Both the position numbers and the translations under genes were made by a program. A stretch of 60,736 nt of DNA, filler included, from Globobulimina sp. (taxonomy: Eukaryota), in the NCBI GenBank assembly GCA_003354225.1. It is 10 parts of 10 records of this genome, joined end to end, with 100 filler letters (N's around TTAATTAATTAA, not from the genome) between each part and the next. Parts side by side here need not be neighbours in the genome. Positions count along the whole stretch, not along the records: positions 48,704 to 54,670 come from PIVH01000389.1; positions 54,771 to 60,736 come from PIVH01000390.1; 8 more parts are not named here. One strand, written 5' to 3'. The notes beneath the pieces are model-generated. The model did not search any database. It had not been told where the DNA came from and saw nothing but the letters and a program-made list of their open reading frames with translations. Shown one piece after another: positions 48,704 through 60,736 of the stretch. Within the stretch, counting starts at the first letter, position 1. Each line of letters opens with the position of its first letter.

Positions 48704-50757
48704 GTTATACATCATTCAAACGAGATGTTAAAAAGGAAGAAGGTCAGCAATATGCATCAAAACACAACGTGTTCCATTCCGAAGTATCAACCACTGATTA
48801 CTCCATACCTTCCTTATTCCAGAACATTGGCAAATTGTTCTTAGCCAAAACGAGTACAAACAACATAAAACCCGCAAACATCTCACCCAAAATCGCCAAA
48901 ATGATGAACATCGTCAGCATGCCCACAATGCCTCAATTTGTCAGCAATCCATTCCGTAAAAACAAAAACAGCAAAAACAGAAACGACATTGACATAAAAG
49001 ACGAAGAAGAGTCAGACATTGAGATATTACACGAAAAGATCAAAGATTACGAGAGCATCGTGTTTGCCTTGGAACACACCTTATCATTGCACGAAAATGA
49101 GAAAAAACAGCTATTAGACAAGAATTTTGAGTACGAAAACGAATCCATGCAATTGAAATTAGAAAACGAGTCCAAACAAAGACAAATAAATCGACAAATG
49201 GAAGAAGTGAAGCAGTTAATTGCCGATTTGCGGTATAAAAACAATGAAATTGAAGAGTTAAAAAATGTGAATAACAGCGCGCCGCGAAGCAGATCGATAC
49301 CAAAACCGCCACCTCGAAGGAGTTCAAATAGTGACTGTGACCAGCAACCATTGCAAGCCTTGTTAGTGAATGAAAAACCAATCACAACCAAAAACAGCCA
49401 ACGTTCTCAAACCACCAAAACTGACAATAATAGTAATATTTTTTCAGGCTTTTCAAAACTACAAAATATATTTTCCAGCAAACTCAGCAGCAATGAGGAC
49501 CTCATCGATATTACCGACGCAAAACAGGCGGAGTGGCTGGTGACTAAATGCGAGAGTTTTGAGAGAATGTGTGAGAGTTTGAAGAAAATCAATTGTGAGC
49601 AGAATGATGAAATGGAAGTGTTAAAACACTCAAACATTGACATTCTGCAACAAATCGGGGTGAAACAGAAGGAAATCAATCATTTACGGGAGTGTTTGGA
49701 GGATAATCAGATCGGATTTACGCGCTACAAAGAAGAGTCGGAGCAGAAATTAAGTAAATGGAAGAAGGAGAAAATTTATTGGTTTGATAAATATAAACAA
49801 CTTTGCAAAGAAAACCAGACATTGGTCCAAGAAAAACGAAAATTGCAACGGGACAATAAAAAGTTAGAACGGTCGAAAAATAAATACAAACAACGAGTGT
49901 TATTGTCAGCTGATGATACAAATGCAAATGCACAGAAAATGCATGTTCAGATTGCTGCGGATGTTGGTGATGACATTATTAAAATGGACAGGATTACAAT
50001 GGACTCATTTACGTTTGGCTGCGATAAATACGATGAGAGGTTATGGAGTGTTCCGCAGTTATTACGAAGTTTTAAAGCGTTGAAAACGAATTATTACAAT
50101 AATGTATGTTGTGTCACTTGTGTGGCTTTTTTTTTTGTAATTAATGTTGTGTGGTTTTGTTGTGTGTGCTGTACGTAGTTAATTGAAAAGATAATGGATT
50201 TTGAAGAGGAGAATGAGGATATTGATAATGATGAAGAGATGGTTATTTGTATGCTATTCGACACTGTGATTGAATGTTATTTGCTGATTGGGAATAAAAC
50301 AGATATTTTAAGCAGTACTGATATGTTTGATGAAATGGAGGAAAATAAGGAGAAAATATTTGAAACAATGCAGGATAAATTTGATGAGAAATTTGCGGTT
50401 TGGTTCGATGATCAGGAAGGGAGCGATTTGTGCGGTGATTTTAAAAATTATGTGCGGAATTGCTTGGAAATGTGTATATTGATCAAATATTTTGAATTGG
50501 AGTTGTTTCCAAAAGGGGATAGACAGTCATTGCAATTTGAGATTAATGATCTATTGGATTATGGAGATGTTATGGAACGAGATGATATGTTTGATGGTAC
50601 GCTGAATGATAATGGCTGGACTTGTTCGTTTCCAGCGATAATTAAAAATGAAAATGAATTGAATGAGCAGCAGACTTTGCAGCTTATTAATGAAAAATCA
50701 ACAGATAAATATAATATTTTTGAATCCAAGCTGTGGATGTATCGGGTTAAAGAATAG
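48704..50757 (+). CDS. Coiled-coil protein with an acidic C-terminal domain, intron 50104-50178, 5' partial
   Basis: Frame is open from the contig start. A GTATGT...CGTAG intron joins YYNN-LIEKIMDF in frame. Confidence 0.75.
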
Positions 50758-50950
50758 TATTCAATTTACATATTTTTTTATGAGTATAGTGTTGTACATA
50801 ACTAAATAATATTGTCATGCATAATTATTAATAAATTTTATATCATTTTATGTTCGATCGAGGACAAAAAAGTCATGCAGACTAACATCGGACAGCAAAA
50901 AATAATTAAGAAATCTGAATTTCCCTAAACAAATTTTATAGCAATGAACA

Positions 50951-52429
50951 TTAGTTACTAAGGCTAGTACTAGTAAACGGTGGCGGTGATTCAGAAACGC
51001 TATGTCCAATCTGCAGCGAGCCATTGCTATTCACACTCAGTGATTTGTTAGCATTCATTTTCGCATTATAACTTGATTTATTTGTCGCAACCACACAATT
51101 ATTATTTACTTCTGCAGCATACATCAACGATCTTTTATCCTCCTCGTCAACCTTTGCAATTTGTGATGACATAATATCATCAGAGTTCCAATATCTACAA
51201 CAAATACAACAGCCACAACTCAAAACCCAAAACACCCAAAACAAACCTTTTTCCATTCTCGAAAACAAAAATCCGTATAAATCATCACCGAATTTGAAAA
51301 GACACGCCATGCACAACGATGCAATCACGCCATCAAAACATAAGAAAAATCCAATTTGCCGCAATATATACGCACCGCCAATGGTATAGAATATGGTTGA
51401 AATCATACAAATCGTAGTTAAAAAAGTAGATTTCTTGATGACAACTGCCATATTCTCCATTTTTTTCATCAATCGCGTATGGCTCATTTCTTCACTTTTC
51501 TTCAAACTTTCATTTTTTATCACATCATCCTGATCATCCTCAATCACATTATGATATCTGTTGCTCTTTGGGCTTAATATGTGCTGTGTCAATGAAAAAC
51601 GAGCCGAGGGAGAATGGAGTAATCCCTTTTTAATTATTTGTTTTATATTATATTTATACATATATATAAAACGTACATGATAAACGTTTGCAGATTGAAA
51701 AGCTAAGTGGTATTTGATTGACTTTGACTGATTTTTGTGATTCTTTGTATTGGAAATTAACATAGAAACTTGATAACATTTTATAATGAATGCAATTAAG
51801 GCCGTTAAACTGTAAAAAACATCGGCTAAAACTACACCACCTCCCACTATATTTTTGGCAATGAAGGAATGAGGAAATGTTTCTGGAAAACAGTCCTGAT
51901 ATTTATTATTGGCTGTAACTGTGTCATGTGGTTTGGTGTCAGGGAAAGTGAAATATATCCATGCTATCCATAGCAATGTAGGTATGATAAGACAGGATAT
52001 GCGATATAGATTTAATAGCAGTGAGGAGATTTTTAATTTAATATTTGAGTCACAAAGTAATTGCAATCTGAAGGAAAATAACCAAAACAGCGATATTTTC
52101 GCAAAATTGTATGCTAATAATTGTGATGGATAGAATACTTCGCATGACAGTTTGGATATATTTACAAATGCGTTGTTTATTCCTGTTAATTGCAGGAAGG
52201 ACTGGAGAAAAAAGAAGAACATTGAGAGGAGACATGAATAACGCATTGGGTGCGAGGCTGTGAGTGTGTAATCGTGACGAAATGAGGTCATACTCCATAA
52301 CATTATAAGGAATATTGATAATGTGGATACTAACGATACACAGCCCTGAGCCAATATCATTTCATCTGTTGTTGGAATTGAAAATACTGTGTGCCATTTC
52401 GAATTCCAATCTGTCCAAATGAACGACAT
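50951..52429 (-). CDS. Divergent seven-transmembrane (GPCR-like) protein; probable in-frame intron 51626-51676
   Basis: Seven hydrophobic segments, Cys at the start of TM3 and in ECL2, F..RL at the end of TM3, a long third loop and a CGCCICC tail cluster. Confidence 0.8.
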   Translation of the reverse strand: MSFIWTDWNSKWHTVFSIPTTDEMILAQGCVSLVSTLSIFLIMLWSMTSFRHDYTLTASHPMRYSCLLSMFFFFLQSFLQLTGINNAFVNISKLSCEVFYPSQLLAYNFAKISLFWLFSFRLQLLCDSNIKLKISSLLLNLYRISCLIIPTLLWIAWIYFTFPDTKPHDTVTANNKYQDCFPETFPHSFIAKNIVGGGVVLADVFYSLTALIAFIIKCYQVSMLISNTKNHKNQSKSIKYHLAFQSANVYHVRFIYMYKYNIKQIIKKGLLHSPSARFSLTQHILSPKSNRYHNVIEDDQDDVIKNESLKKSEEMSHTRLMKKMENMAVVIKKSTFLTTICMISTIFYTIGGAYILRQIGFFLCFDGVIASLCMACLFKFGDDLYGFLFSRMEKGLFWVFWVLSCGCCICCRYWNSDDIMSSQIAKVDEEDKRSLMYAAEVNNNCVVATNKSSYNAKMNANKSLSVNSNGSLQIGHSVSESPPPFTSTSLSN

Positions 52430-52517
52430 GATGTGAAATAATCTTTTGTAAGAATGTGTGAAATAATCTATCCTAAAAAATATCCTTAGAGTTTTCAATT
52501 CCGATATCTGTGAAACA

Positions 52518-54545
52518 ATGCTTCGGAGTTATACGGTAAGACTACGACTAAATAAGCATTGGAAATTATGCACACAATTACGCTCACTGTCACAGCTACA
52601 ACGCCCGACACCCACCATACATCATAGCAATATACGTTTAATTCAATCAGCACTGCATACTCCGAGATCACCATCGCATAAATCATATTTTAATCCGTTA
52701 CAAATACTCAACAAACGTTCATTTTCACGTTAACTATAAATCTCTCATCCTCTCACATTATCGCATTATCCCACACACAAAAACAAACAATTAAGTGCCT
52801 GAACATGAGATCATCGGATTGCCAGCCTTATCGCCATCAGTCGAAGAGTCAAAAATTGTGGCATGGAAAGCCAAAGAAGGCGATTTTGTCGCTGCAGACA
52901 CCGCCATTGCCTCCGTGCAAACAGACAAAGCGGAACTAGACTGGATGCTGACTGATGATGTATATTTAGCTAAAATACTGTTGCAGCCAGGCGATCAAGT
53001 ACCAGTTGGTACGCCTGCCTGCATTTTTGTTGACAGTAAAAAGGATATTGACGCTTTTAAAAATTATTCGCCTGACACACCGTCTGATACTGCGCCACCA
53101 TCACCACCTACACCGCCACCACAGTCTTCTGCAACAGTGGACACATCCAACTGTTACGTACTTAGTACTTACATATACTCCGCGGAACATTCCATATATA
53201 TATATCCTTGCGCTCATTTTATTGCGTAGTGCTTTACTGTTTTTCAACTGTGTTGTTAACCATGTCACCTGTCACCCAAATGTCACGTGTAAACTTGTAC
53301 AGACCCAGAGCATAAAGTGGAAGGTATGCCAGCCTTATCACCAACGGCCGTGGATGGTGCAGTGGTTGAATGGTTGGTGAAAGAGGGCGATATGATAGAG
53401 GAAGGTACGGGTATTGCTGAAATACAAACGGATAAATCCGTTGTAACCTGGACCTCCACGGACGAAGCCTATGTCGCGAAATTATTAGTATCTGTTTCGC
53501 CGGAGACTAAATTGCTTGTAGGCACACCATTGGCTGTATTCGTCGACAACAAGAACGATGTTGCAGCATTTAAAGATTTTGTTGCCGGTACTGCACCATC
53601 TCAATCTGCTGCTGTTGCCACACCAAATGTAGCTGCAGACTCACCACAACCATCCATTCAATTTCGTCACGGCGTACGAGGTTATACTAATATGTTACAT
53701 CCATAGTCCAAACAACAATAAAATGTAATATTTCATACACAGAAACAGATACAGATACTGCAAAGCCAACAGCCAAAGCCGCTGCCACTGCGCCAAGTGG
53801 TGGACGTATATTTGCCTCGCCATATGCCAGGAAGTTGGCCGCTGAAATGGGCATTGCATTGGACAGCATTGCCACCGGCACCGGTGGTAAAGTTGGAATT
53901 GTTGCAGTTGATGTTATTAAAGCATCACAGCAGAAACTCGTAACTGTACCACAACCGGTTGCAATTTCAGGCGATCGCAGTTATGAAGATATTGCGGTGT
54001 CTGCCATGCGAGAGATTATTGGCAAACGGCTCAGTGAATCTAAGTTCAGCAGTCCTCATTTTTATGTGACAATGGAGTGTATGATGGATAGTTTAATACG
54101 AATGCGAGAGGAGATCAATGTGGGTGAAGATAGCAAAATATCTGTCAATGATTTTGTAATCAAAGCTTGTGCTGCGGCCTTGCGAGATACTCCGGATTGC
54201 AATGTCGGATGGATTGTGGATCAGAAAAGTAATAAAACTGTGTTGAGGAAGTATAATTATATCGATATCTCAGTGGCTGTGGCCACGCCCAATGGATTGA
54301 TTACGCCCATTATTAAAGATGCGGACAGGAAATCATTGTCTGAGATATCCGCGGAAATGAAGAGCTTGGCCAAGAAAGCAAAGGATAATAAATTACTGCC
54401 GGAGGAATTTCAAGGCGGCACATTTACAGTGTCGAATATGGGCATGTTTGGTGTGTCTAATTTTACTGCGATTATCAATCCACCGCAGTCGTGCATATTG
54501 GCGGTGGGCGGTACGAAAAAGAAATTAGCGCCGGATTTGAATGTT
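52518..54545 (+). CDS. DLAT: Mitochondrial pyruvate dehydrogenase E2 (two lipoyl domains); introns 52729-52795, 53153-53302 and 53681-53742; C-terminus missing
   Basis: R/S/L-rich presequence. PALSP...QTDK twice, RIFASPYARKLA, MREIIGKRLSESK..PHFY, DISVAVATPNGLITPI and QGGTFTVSNMGMFG..FTAIINPPQSCILAVG. The catalytic DHR motif is not reached. Confidence 0.96.
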
Positions 54546-54670
54546 TCATTGAGCAAATCAGCCATCTTGTTAAAGCTTGGCGTCCCTACGTGAGATTTAT
54601 ACCAAATATCAACCTGATAAAACCCCTCTCTCATATCGCTTGTGCCAAGGTCTGCAACAGCAACGCCTTT

Positions 54671-54770
54671 NNNNNNNNNNNNNNNNNNNNNNNNNNNNNN
54701 NNNNNNNNNNNNNNTTAATTAATTAANNNNNNNNNNNNNNNNNNNNNNNNNNNNNNNNNNNNNNNNNNNN
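54671..54770. other. Artificial contig spacer 9
   Basis: Same linker. Confidence 0.99.
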
Positions 54771-57700
54771 CAAATAATAACACACAATCACCGAGTTATA
54801 AGGAAAATCGTCAAGTTGGAAATCCGTCCGACCCCCCTGAACCATCTGAACCATCTGATGCGGGAAGCGATCAGCGAGCTTATCAGTCGGCGAGACCACA
54901 CAAAATTTAATGAGAATAGGCCGCGTAAACAAACACCATACCGTGAACCCATTATTACAGATAAAACCGTTTTTGTTAAAGAGTCGCGTACACGTTTCGA
55001 TAGTCGTTGTGTAAAACCTGATATGATATTTCATGGTTTGCAACACGAAAATCTAGAAGCGTGGATTGAGGGTGCTCGAATTGTATGTAAATTACAAGGT
55101 GATTATAAATATTTTGAAGATTATTTGTTTCTTTTTTTGGGAGGAGCACCGCGGCTATTATACCATCAATTAAATTCACAAATGGGTGACAGTTTTCGAC
55201 CCAGAATGGTTTTGCGCGAATTACGGAACAGATACGGTAATGCGTCTCGCGATCGCGGAGCTTTAGCGGATGCCTATGACAACTTACAACAAGGTAATCG
55301 GTCGCTTTTTGAATTTCTCAATGTGTTTCAAGTTTATTTTGACCGCGCTTACCCACCCGATGAATTTATGTACAATCGAGATGAACGTATGTGCCGCGAA
55401 TTTCAGCGAAAAATAAATCGGGAAGAAGTTAGGACAGTGCAAACATTTTTGTCCGGCATGAATCAACCCGAGTGGTCTTGTATGGCACGGCGCATTGTTA
55501 ATACTGTACAATCAAATCCAGAAGTAGAGGCAGTGGCACCGAGACATACAGTAGGACTTCATGCTATTGTTGAAGAAGACGCAGCGACAGGCGAAGCACA
55601 TACACTTTTTCCGACCAAAACATGTGCTAAACCGATAGTACAGACAAGCAGTGGATTTTTCGAACGAGATCACACAGTACCAAGTTTGGCTATTCGCACA
55701 GAAAAAGATTTTGATGTTATTGATTCGGAAGATGCCAAAAAGGTTGTCAAATTCATTTGGGACAATTCAAAAGCAGGACATCCGGTCACAGTTCAAGAAA
55801 TGACTGCCAAGTTGAAACCATTGAGTATTGGTGACATTCACATTATTATATCTTATTGTTTAGATGGCAGTTTAGGCAATGCGGCTCGACATATTGGTAT
55901 GCAAACAATGCCGAATTTTCCCAATGTTTTCAAACCGGAAATTTGTGAAGTCGAAAAAAATCGGGTTTTGAAAATCGCTTTGTCCATTGGCAATACTGTT
56001 CAACAAGCAGCCAACAACAATCGACGTTATCAGAATCAACGACCACCTTATGGAGGACAGCGACGCAATTTTGGTCAAAATCGACGAGCCGGTCCCCCAG
56101 GTCCTGGTTATATTTGTCATACATGTGGAAAGTCAGGCCATTGGAGACAAAATTGTCCAGACAAAGATAAGGCAGAACAAGGGCCATCAAATAGAATGTC
56201 AACATCTCATGTTTTGGTAAATTCACTCGTTGGGAGTGTTGAGGATTTAACACCTGTGGACATTGATAATATTGAATGGGAATACACAATTGGAAGTGAA
56301 GATTGTCCAGGTATGTTAGGTCCTATTGAATATCAAGATTATATTTACCAATTTGCAATGGCTACACATCAGTCATATCCATTACATGATTTTGACAAAT
56401 ACAAATTACCAGAGTTTCTGATACCAGGCGACAATCATCCCGACACGCGTTTCAAAGTCGAATATGACAGTTGGGTTCATTATTCTAATCGGAGAGAACC
56501 AGAAGAATATGACTGGTTAACACCCACACTTGAACGCACGCGCAGATTAAGTCAGGAGCGCATGTTAGCTAATCTTTCAAATGACAGTAATGTAGGGACT
56601 AGTACTGCCAATGAAGCAATCGAACCTATTGATAATTTTGGGGTTTGTTTTGCCAATATATCTGGCGAACCAATGGGTGCAACAGGTAGTGTACATACAG
56701 ATGTTATAAACGATGATAAGTTGAATCAATGTGTTGTTATTAATGATCATCCTGTATGGGTACCTAAACCAGTTGAACCCCTTCCAACTGCTGTAACCCC
56801 ACATCGATCTGAATCTACTGGTTTGATTGAAGCCGCCAATACCGAAAGGGCGACCAATGAATTAGTATCCCCTACATTAGAACCACCAATTTTACCGGCG
56901 AATCGATTAGATGCTGATAATGTGAACGCGACTGTGTTGACCGTTTTGCCAAAAGAGGAGGTAACAGACCCAAAATCAGTAATTTTGTTACAACCAATGG
57001 AATTGGCACTTTATTTGCTTTGTCAACGCATTAGGATATGTCAGCTCGCTGCATTGGCTGACACTGGGTCGGTGCTTAGTATTGCGCAAGTGTCTGTTTG
57101 TAAATTTGCTGGTATTAAAGTGACTAGATTGCGCAGCTGTCATCATCATACAATGTCTGGTTTCGGCGGTAACATTAAAATTCTGGGTAAAGTTATCATG
57201 TCTTTCGCCATTGGAGAATGCACGTTCGAACAAACAGTTCATGTGGTACCGGATGACAAAAGATTGCCATTAGTCATTTTTGGTCTCGATTGGTTAGAAC
57301 GCCATGATGTTCAAATTGATTTTGTGAATGCAAAGTTGAATTTCTGTGGACAAGAAGTACCATTGGGAAAGCCACGTCAAAAATGTACATCGCGCTGTCT
57401 CGCTGTAAGTAATGGAGCAATGGATGAATTGGACCAGGAATCCAGCGATGAAGAATCCGACTATTTGTCACCAAAAGATTTGAATAACATCAACCGGATT
57501 AAGAACGGCGCTAAGAATAGACATGTACGGAAGACTCGGGCTACATCAAGTACACAAACAGATGGCAACTTAGAAGCAGATTCTGCTTTGCGTCAACAAT
57601 TGAAAGAGACTGTGGCGTCAATAACTGCAATTGCACTGGCATTACCTGGGAAATGGCCTCAATTTACTCCAGAATCAAGAGAGTATTATCAACGAACACT

Positions 57701-59336
57701 GGGTACTATGTTGGAAGCATTATCAGTGGCAGAGATACCAATAGCCGGTAATCGAATCATCGATATTGGGGCATTGTTAAGACGTAATCGAAGACACATA
57801 GTACCAACAGTGGAGGTACCCGAAGAACAACAAAGGGGAAGAGCAGAAGCACGTCCAATCAGAAGACAGTTGCTGGCAGACATTGGGCATGAAGCTGGAG
57901 GACCATTGACCGGAGCAGCAGCTTGGACAAATGTGGCCGGAGAGACGGTAAGTGATACAATTGAAAATTATATTGCTGAAATTACATCAGAAGAACAAGG
58001 GTTTACACCACCACAAGCACAAGGTGGATTATTCGGCGAAATAGAACGAACAAGGAGCAGAAGAGAAGCTCAAATGCAACGTTATGTACAACGTCAAGCG
58101 GACCGTCAAGCCCGGGAAGCTCAATCAGTGACATCATTGGCAACAACAAAGGCACGAGATAATGTTGCTAGACGAAGGAGTCTTGGTCCTGATCGGCGTA
58201 ATTGTCATTTTACTCCGGGGCCAACTTATGTTTGTCATACCTGCAATATTCCAGGTCATTGGCGTGAAGACTGTCCAAAACTTCCAGTAGTGGAGTCAAG
58301 TGATGATGAAGTACCAGAATTACAAGAGGTACCAGAGATACCAGTTCCATCATACGAGACCATACGTGACATTCGTCGTGGAATAAATCGGAGAGAGCAT
58401 TTTGAAAGTCAGGGTTATCAAATTACCGACGAACAAGCATGGCCAGATGTTCCTATGTCCATAGTGCGAGAATTCCAAAGAAGAGCACTTTCAATGAAGA
58501 AGCCAAATCAACAAGTACAAGGTAGTGCACAATCAGCAGAAACAGATGGTACTGCAGCATCATGGCCAGCCATTGCATTCTGTCGTGATCCAAACGCATG
58601 GATATGTGATACATGCAATCAGTACAAACCATGCCCATTCAATACTAAATTTGGAAATGATGATGCATCAAGTCTATCACCATCAGAAGTTCAAGCAATT
58701 GGACCAGAAGGAAAAACTTTGGGCGAGATTGCAGATCAATTAACAGATCCAGTATTGGCTCAACGAGCACGACGATGTTTGGACTTGACACAACTATGTT
58801 GTGATCAATGTCGAAGTGGCGAACCATGTGAAGTGCAAAGACCAGTTGGAACACAGAACATAACACGTCAAGTTATGCGTGAACTCAATCGAGGTGCAAA
58901 TCAGAAACGGCATTACGAAAATATAGGAACACCATTGACTGATGCACAAGCTTGGCCGAGAATTCCAATGACATTGGTACAAGAATATTTCCGACGGCAC
59001 AACGGAAAAGATTTAGGTCGATACTATCAAATATATGGGAACATACAAGATGATGGAACCATTTCAATCGTAGACCCACCACAAGGTCCGGTTTCTACTG
59101 ACGTACATGGAAAAACAACATCAATTGCTACACTCCAATTTCGTGCCCAGTGTACAGATTATTCCCAACCTTGTTGTGATCAATGTAAAAGAGGTGAACC
59201 ATGCGTAGTTAGTCTAGGCAGTCAACAGTATGTCCAATGGAAACGATTTGAACAAGAACGACAACTGCGACGGGATTGTGAAGAAAACAAGAGCAATTCA
59301 CAAGTTCCCAATGGTCACCGACCAAATAATTATTGA
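54771..59336 (+). mobile_element. Ty3/gypsy-like Gag-aspartic protease polyprotein with atypical C-terminal repeats and no RT/IN; 5' partial
   Basis: Capsid-like L.G.P...Y, L..RYG and QGNRSL.EF...F.....RAYP motifs. CHTCGKSGHWRQNC knuckle. Retropepsin ALADTGS...IFGLDWL. Second knuckle CHTCNIPGHWREDC. Stop at 59336. Confidence 0.85.
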
Positions 59337-59676
59337 TTAGTATTACAAATTTTTATTTAGGTTACTAACTAGTTTTTATCAATTTGTGTTATATTGAATT
59401 AATGCATTAGCGTCTTTATTTTTGTTCAGTATTTTTTTCAAAATAATGCATTTGTGTTTCTATTTAGTATTTCGTTTTTAACACATAAAAAATTTTCTGT
59501 TGAAAATTTGTTTGAAATTTTTCTTGTATGAATGTGAATGAATCTGAATGAATGGCGTAGTGCTAAGTTGTGTCACACTGTCAATCAGTGCTATAGTGGA
59601 CATGTCATGATGCGTCACAAACTCCAATTCCATTGACCTACTCTGCAAATATTATACAAATAAACAAAATTAAGTC

Positions 59677-60736
59677 ATGAGTAGTCAGTACAGTCCAATG
59701 GAGTCAATAGCATGGGAATGGGGTCGACACCATTTTTATGTTCTTGGCACTGTGGACTGGGTTACTGATTTTGGGTTACAAATTAGATTTTTTTTTCATC
59801 AAGTTTTTACCAACAAATGCAAATTATGGTTGTTTTCAGAAATTTGGTGGTGGGAATCATTTCAAACCAGGTAAGCTGCACAGCAAGTAATCTAACTCTA
59901 TAATACTGTGTAAGAACCTGGATTACCCAGCGTACTTTGGAGATTTTTCCCCCGGCTGCCACCCACTAATTACATAATGTATTCCATATATAACACAACA
60001 GATTCCTTTACAAAATTCGATTCGGGTATCCCTAATTCAGACTCTCTTGTCTGCGGTAAAGTGTTGCATAGTGGAAGTGCTGATACTGGTACTTGTGTTA
60101 AATGTTCAGTGCAAGGTCATTTAGGTGATACATGTATGGCCACCATGGCTCAACGTTATTATTTGTTAAGTAATCGTAGTGCATTGTTACAAGGTATTGT
60201 GCCAAATAAACTTTTTATGCTTACATTGAATAAAGAACAAATTGATTGGGTAAATAAACATCCTAACGTTGTATCTATTGGCCAAATGAAGACCCCTCGT
60301 GCACCACCTATGAATTTGCCTACAAATCCTTTTGGCAAACCAGTTCGTACTGCAGCAATACAAGCACCAGTAGTGGCCAGGAAGAAAGTTGATAATATTC
60401 CGACATATAATCCGATTCAAACTCACGATCAACTTAAAGCAATCAAAGACAAGCAAGTAAGTAATAAACCTCGTCCACAAATAGACAAGAAAGTAATAAT
60501 TGAAGATCAAATGGAAACGGACGAAGTACAATCAGAAGTATCAGTGCAATCGATTGATGGTTCTACGTCAACAAGTAAACCTGATTCAAGTTCATATCAA
60601 GGAGCAAGAAAGATATTATTGCCATTACCGGTTGCAACATCAGAGCCAATAACGCAATTCCCAGGTTTACAACCAACAAATCCACGATATGACAGCCCAT
60701 TACATCATCCTGGTCGTTCTACATTTGTTGCTAAGC
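59677..60736 (+). CDS. Spliced CCHC zinc-knuckle protein, 3' partial (not in the ORF track)
   Basis: Frame is open from 59915 to 60736 and contains CVKCSVQGHLGDTC. Intron 59871-59914 (GTAAGC..CTAAC..TAAG). Joins ATG 59677 if the T9 run at 59788 is T8. Confidence 0.65.

Noticed and set aside
5998-54770. Regularly spaced TTAATTAATTAA palindromes flanked by N runs, as a possible repeat array or CRISPR
   Set aside because: They are identical 100-nt artificial linkers with six-frame stops between contigs sorted by length; not biological.
1-60736. A multi-gene system spanning contigs (e.g. PARP + RelA-like + SPRY as a defence island)
   Set aside because: The genes lie on different concatenated contigs, so adjacency is meaningless. 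The contigs may not even all come from one organism.
1-60736. tRNA, rRNA, CRISPR arrays and prokaryotic operons
   Set aside because: None recognised by eye. Other CTGATGA words lie inside coding regions and lack the stem II/GAAA context.

Overview
This window is not one locus. It is ten unrelated ~6 kb contigs sorted by decreasing length (5997 down to 5966 bp) and joined by nine identical 100-nt artificial spacers (44 N + TTAATTAATTAA + 44 N). Neighbourhood arguments are valid only within a contig. The DNA is AT-rich eukaryotic nuclear sequence in the standard code, with short GT-AG introns. The gene families (SPRY-coiled coil, divergent 7TM, IPxDI-motif proteins) suggest a foraminiferan or other rhizarian; this is an inference. 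Homopolymer frameshifts and abrupt chimeric junctions suggest an amplified single-cell assembly. Host genes include seipin, an importin-beta (IPO4/5-like), a PARP, DLAT (PDH E2), an F-BAR/SBF2-domain protein, a SPRY protein, a beta-helix surface protein, a 7TM protein and a sulfotransferase pseudogene. Mobile DNA is abundant: three APE-type LINE families, a CRE-like RLE fragment, a piggyBac fragment, a DIRS/Ngaro-like element, a gag-protease element and three MITEs. Most notable observations: (1) a 6x zinc finger-ankyrin-RelA/SpoT-like nucleotidyltransferase fusion; (2) a Penelope-type minimal hammerhead ribozyme downstream of a LINE and an extra zinc-finger ORF; (3) a gag-protease ORF that carries unfamiliar Cys/helical repeats where RT should be; (4) a LINE whose ORF1 and ORF2 are in frame across one TGA, with an xTNT repeat array in ORF1; (5) a TSD-less Spy-like MITE.
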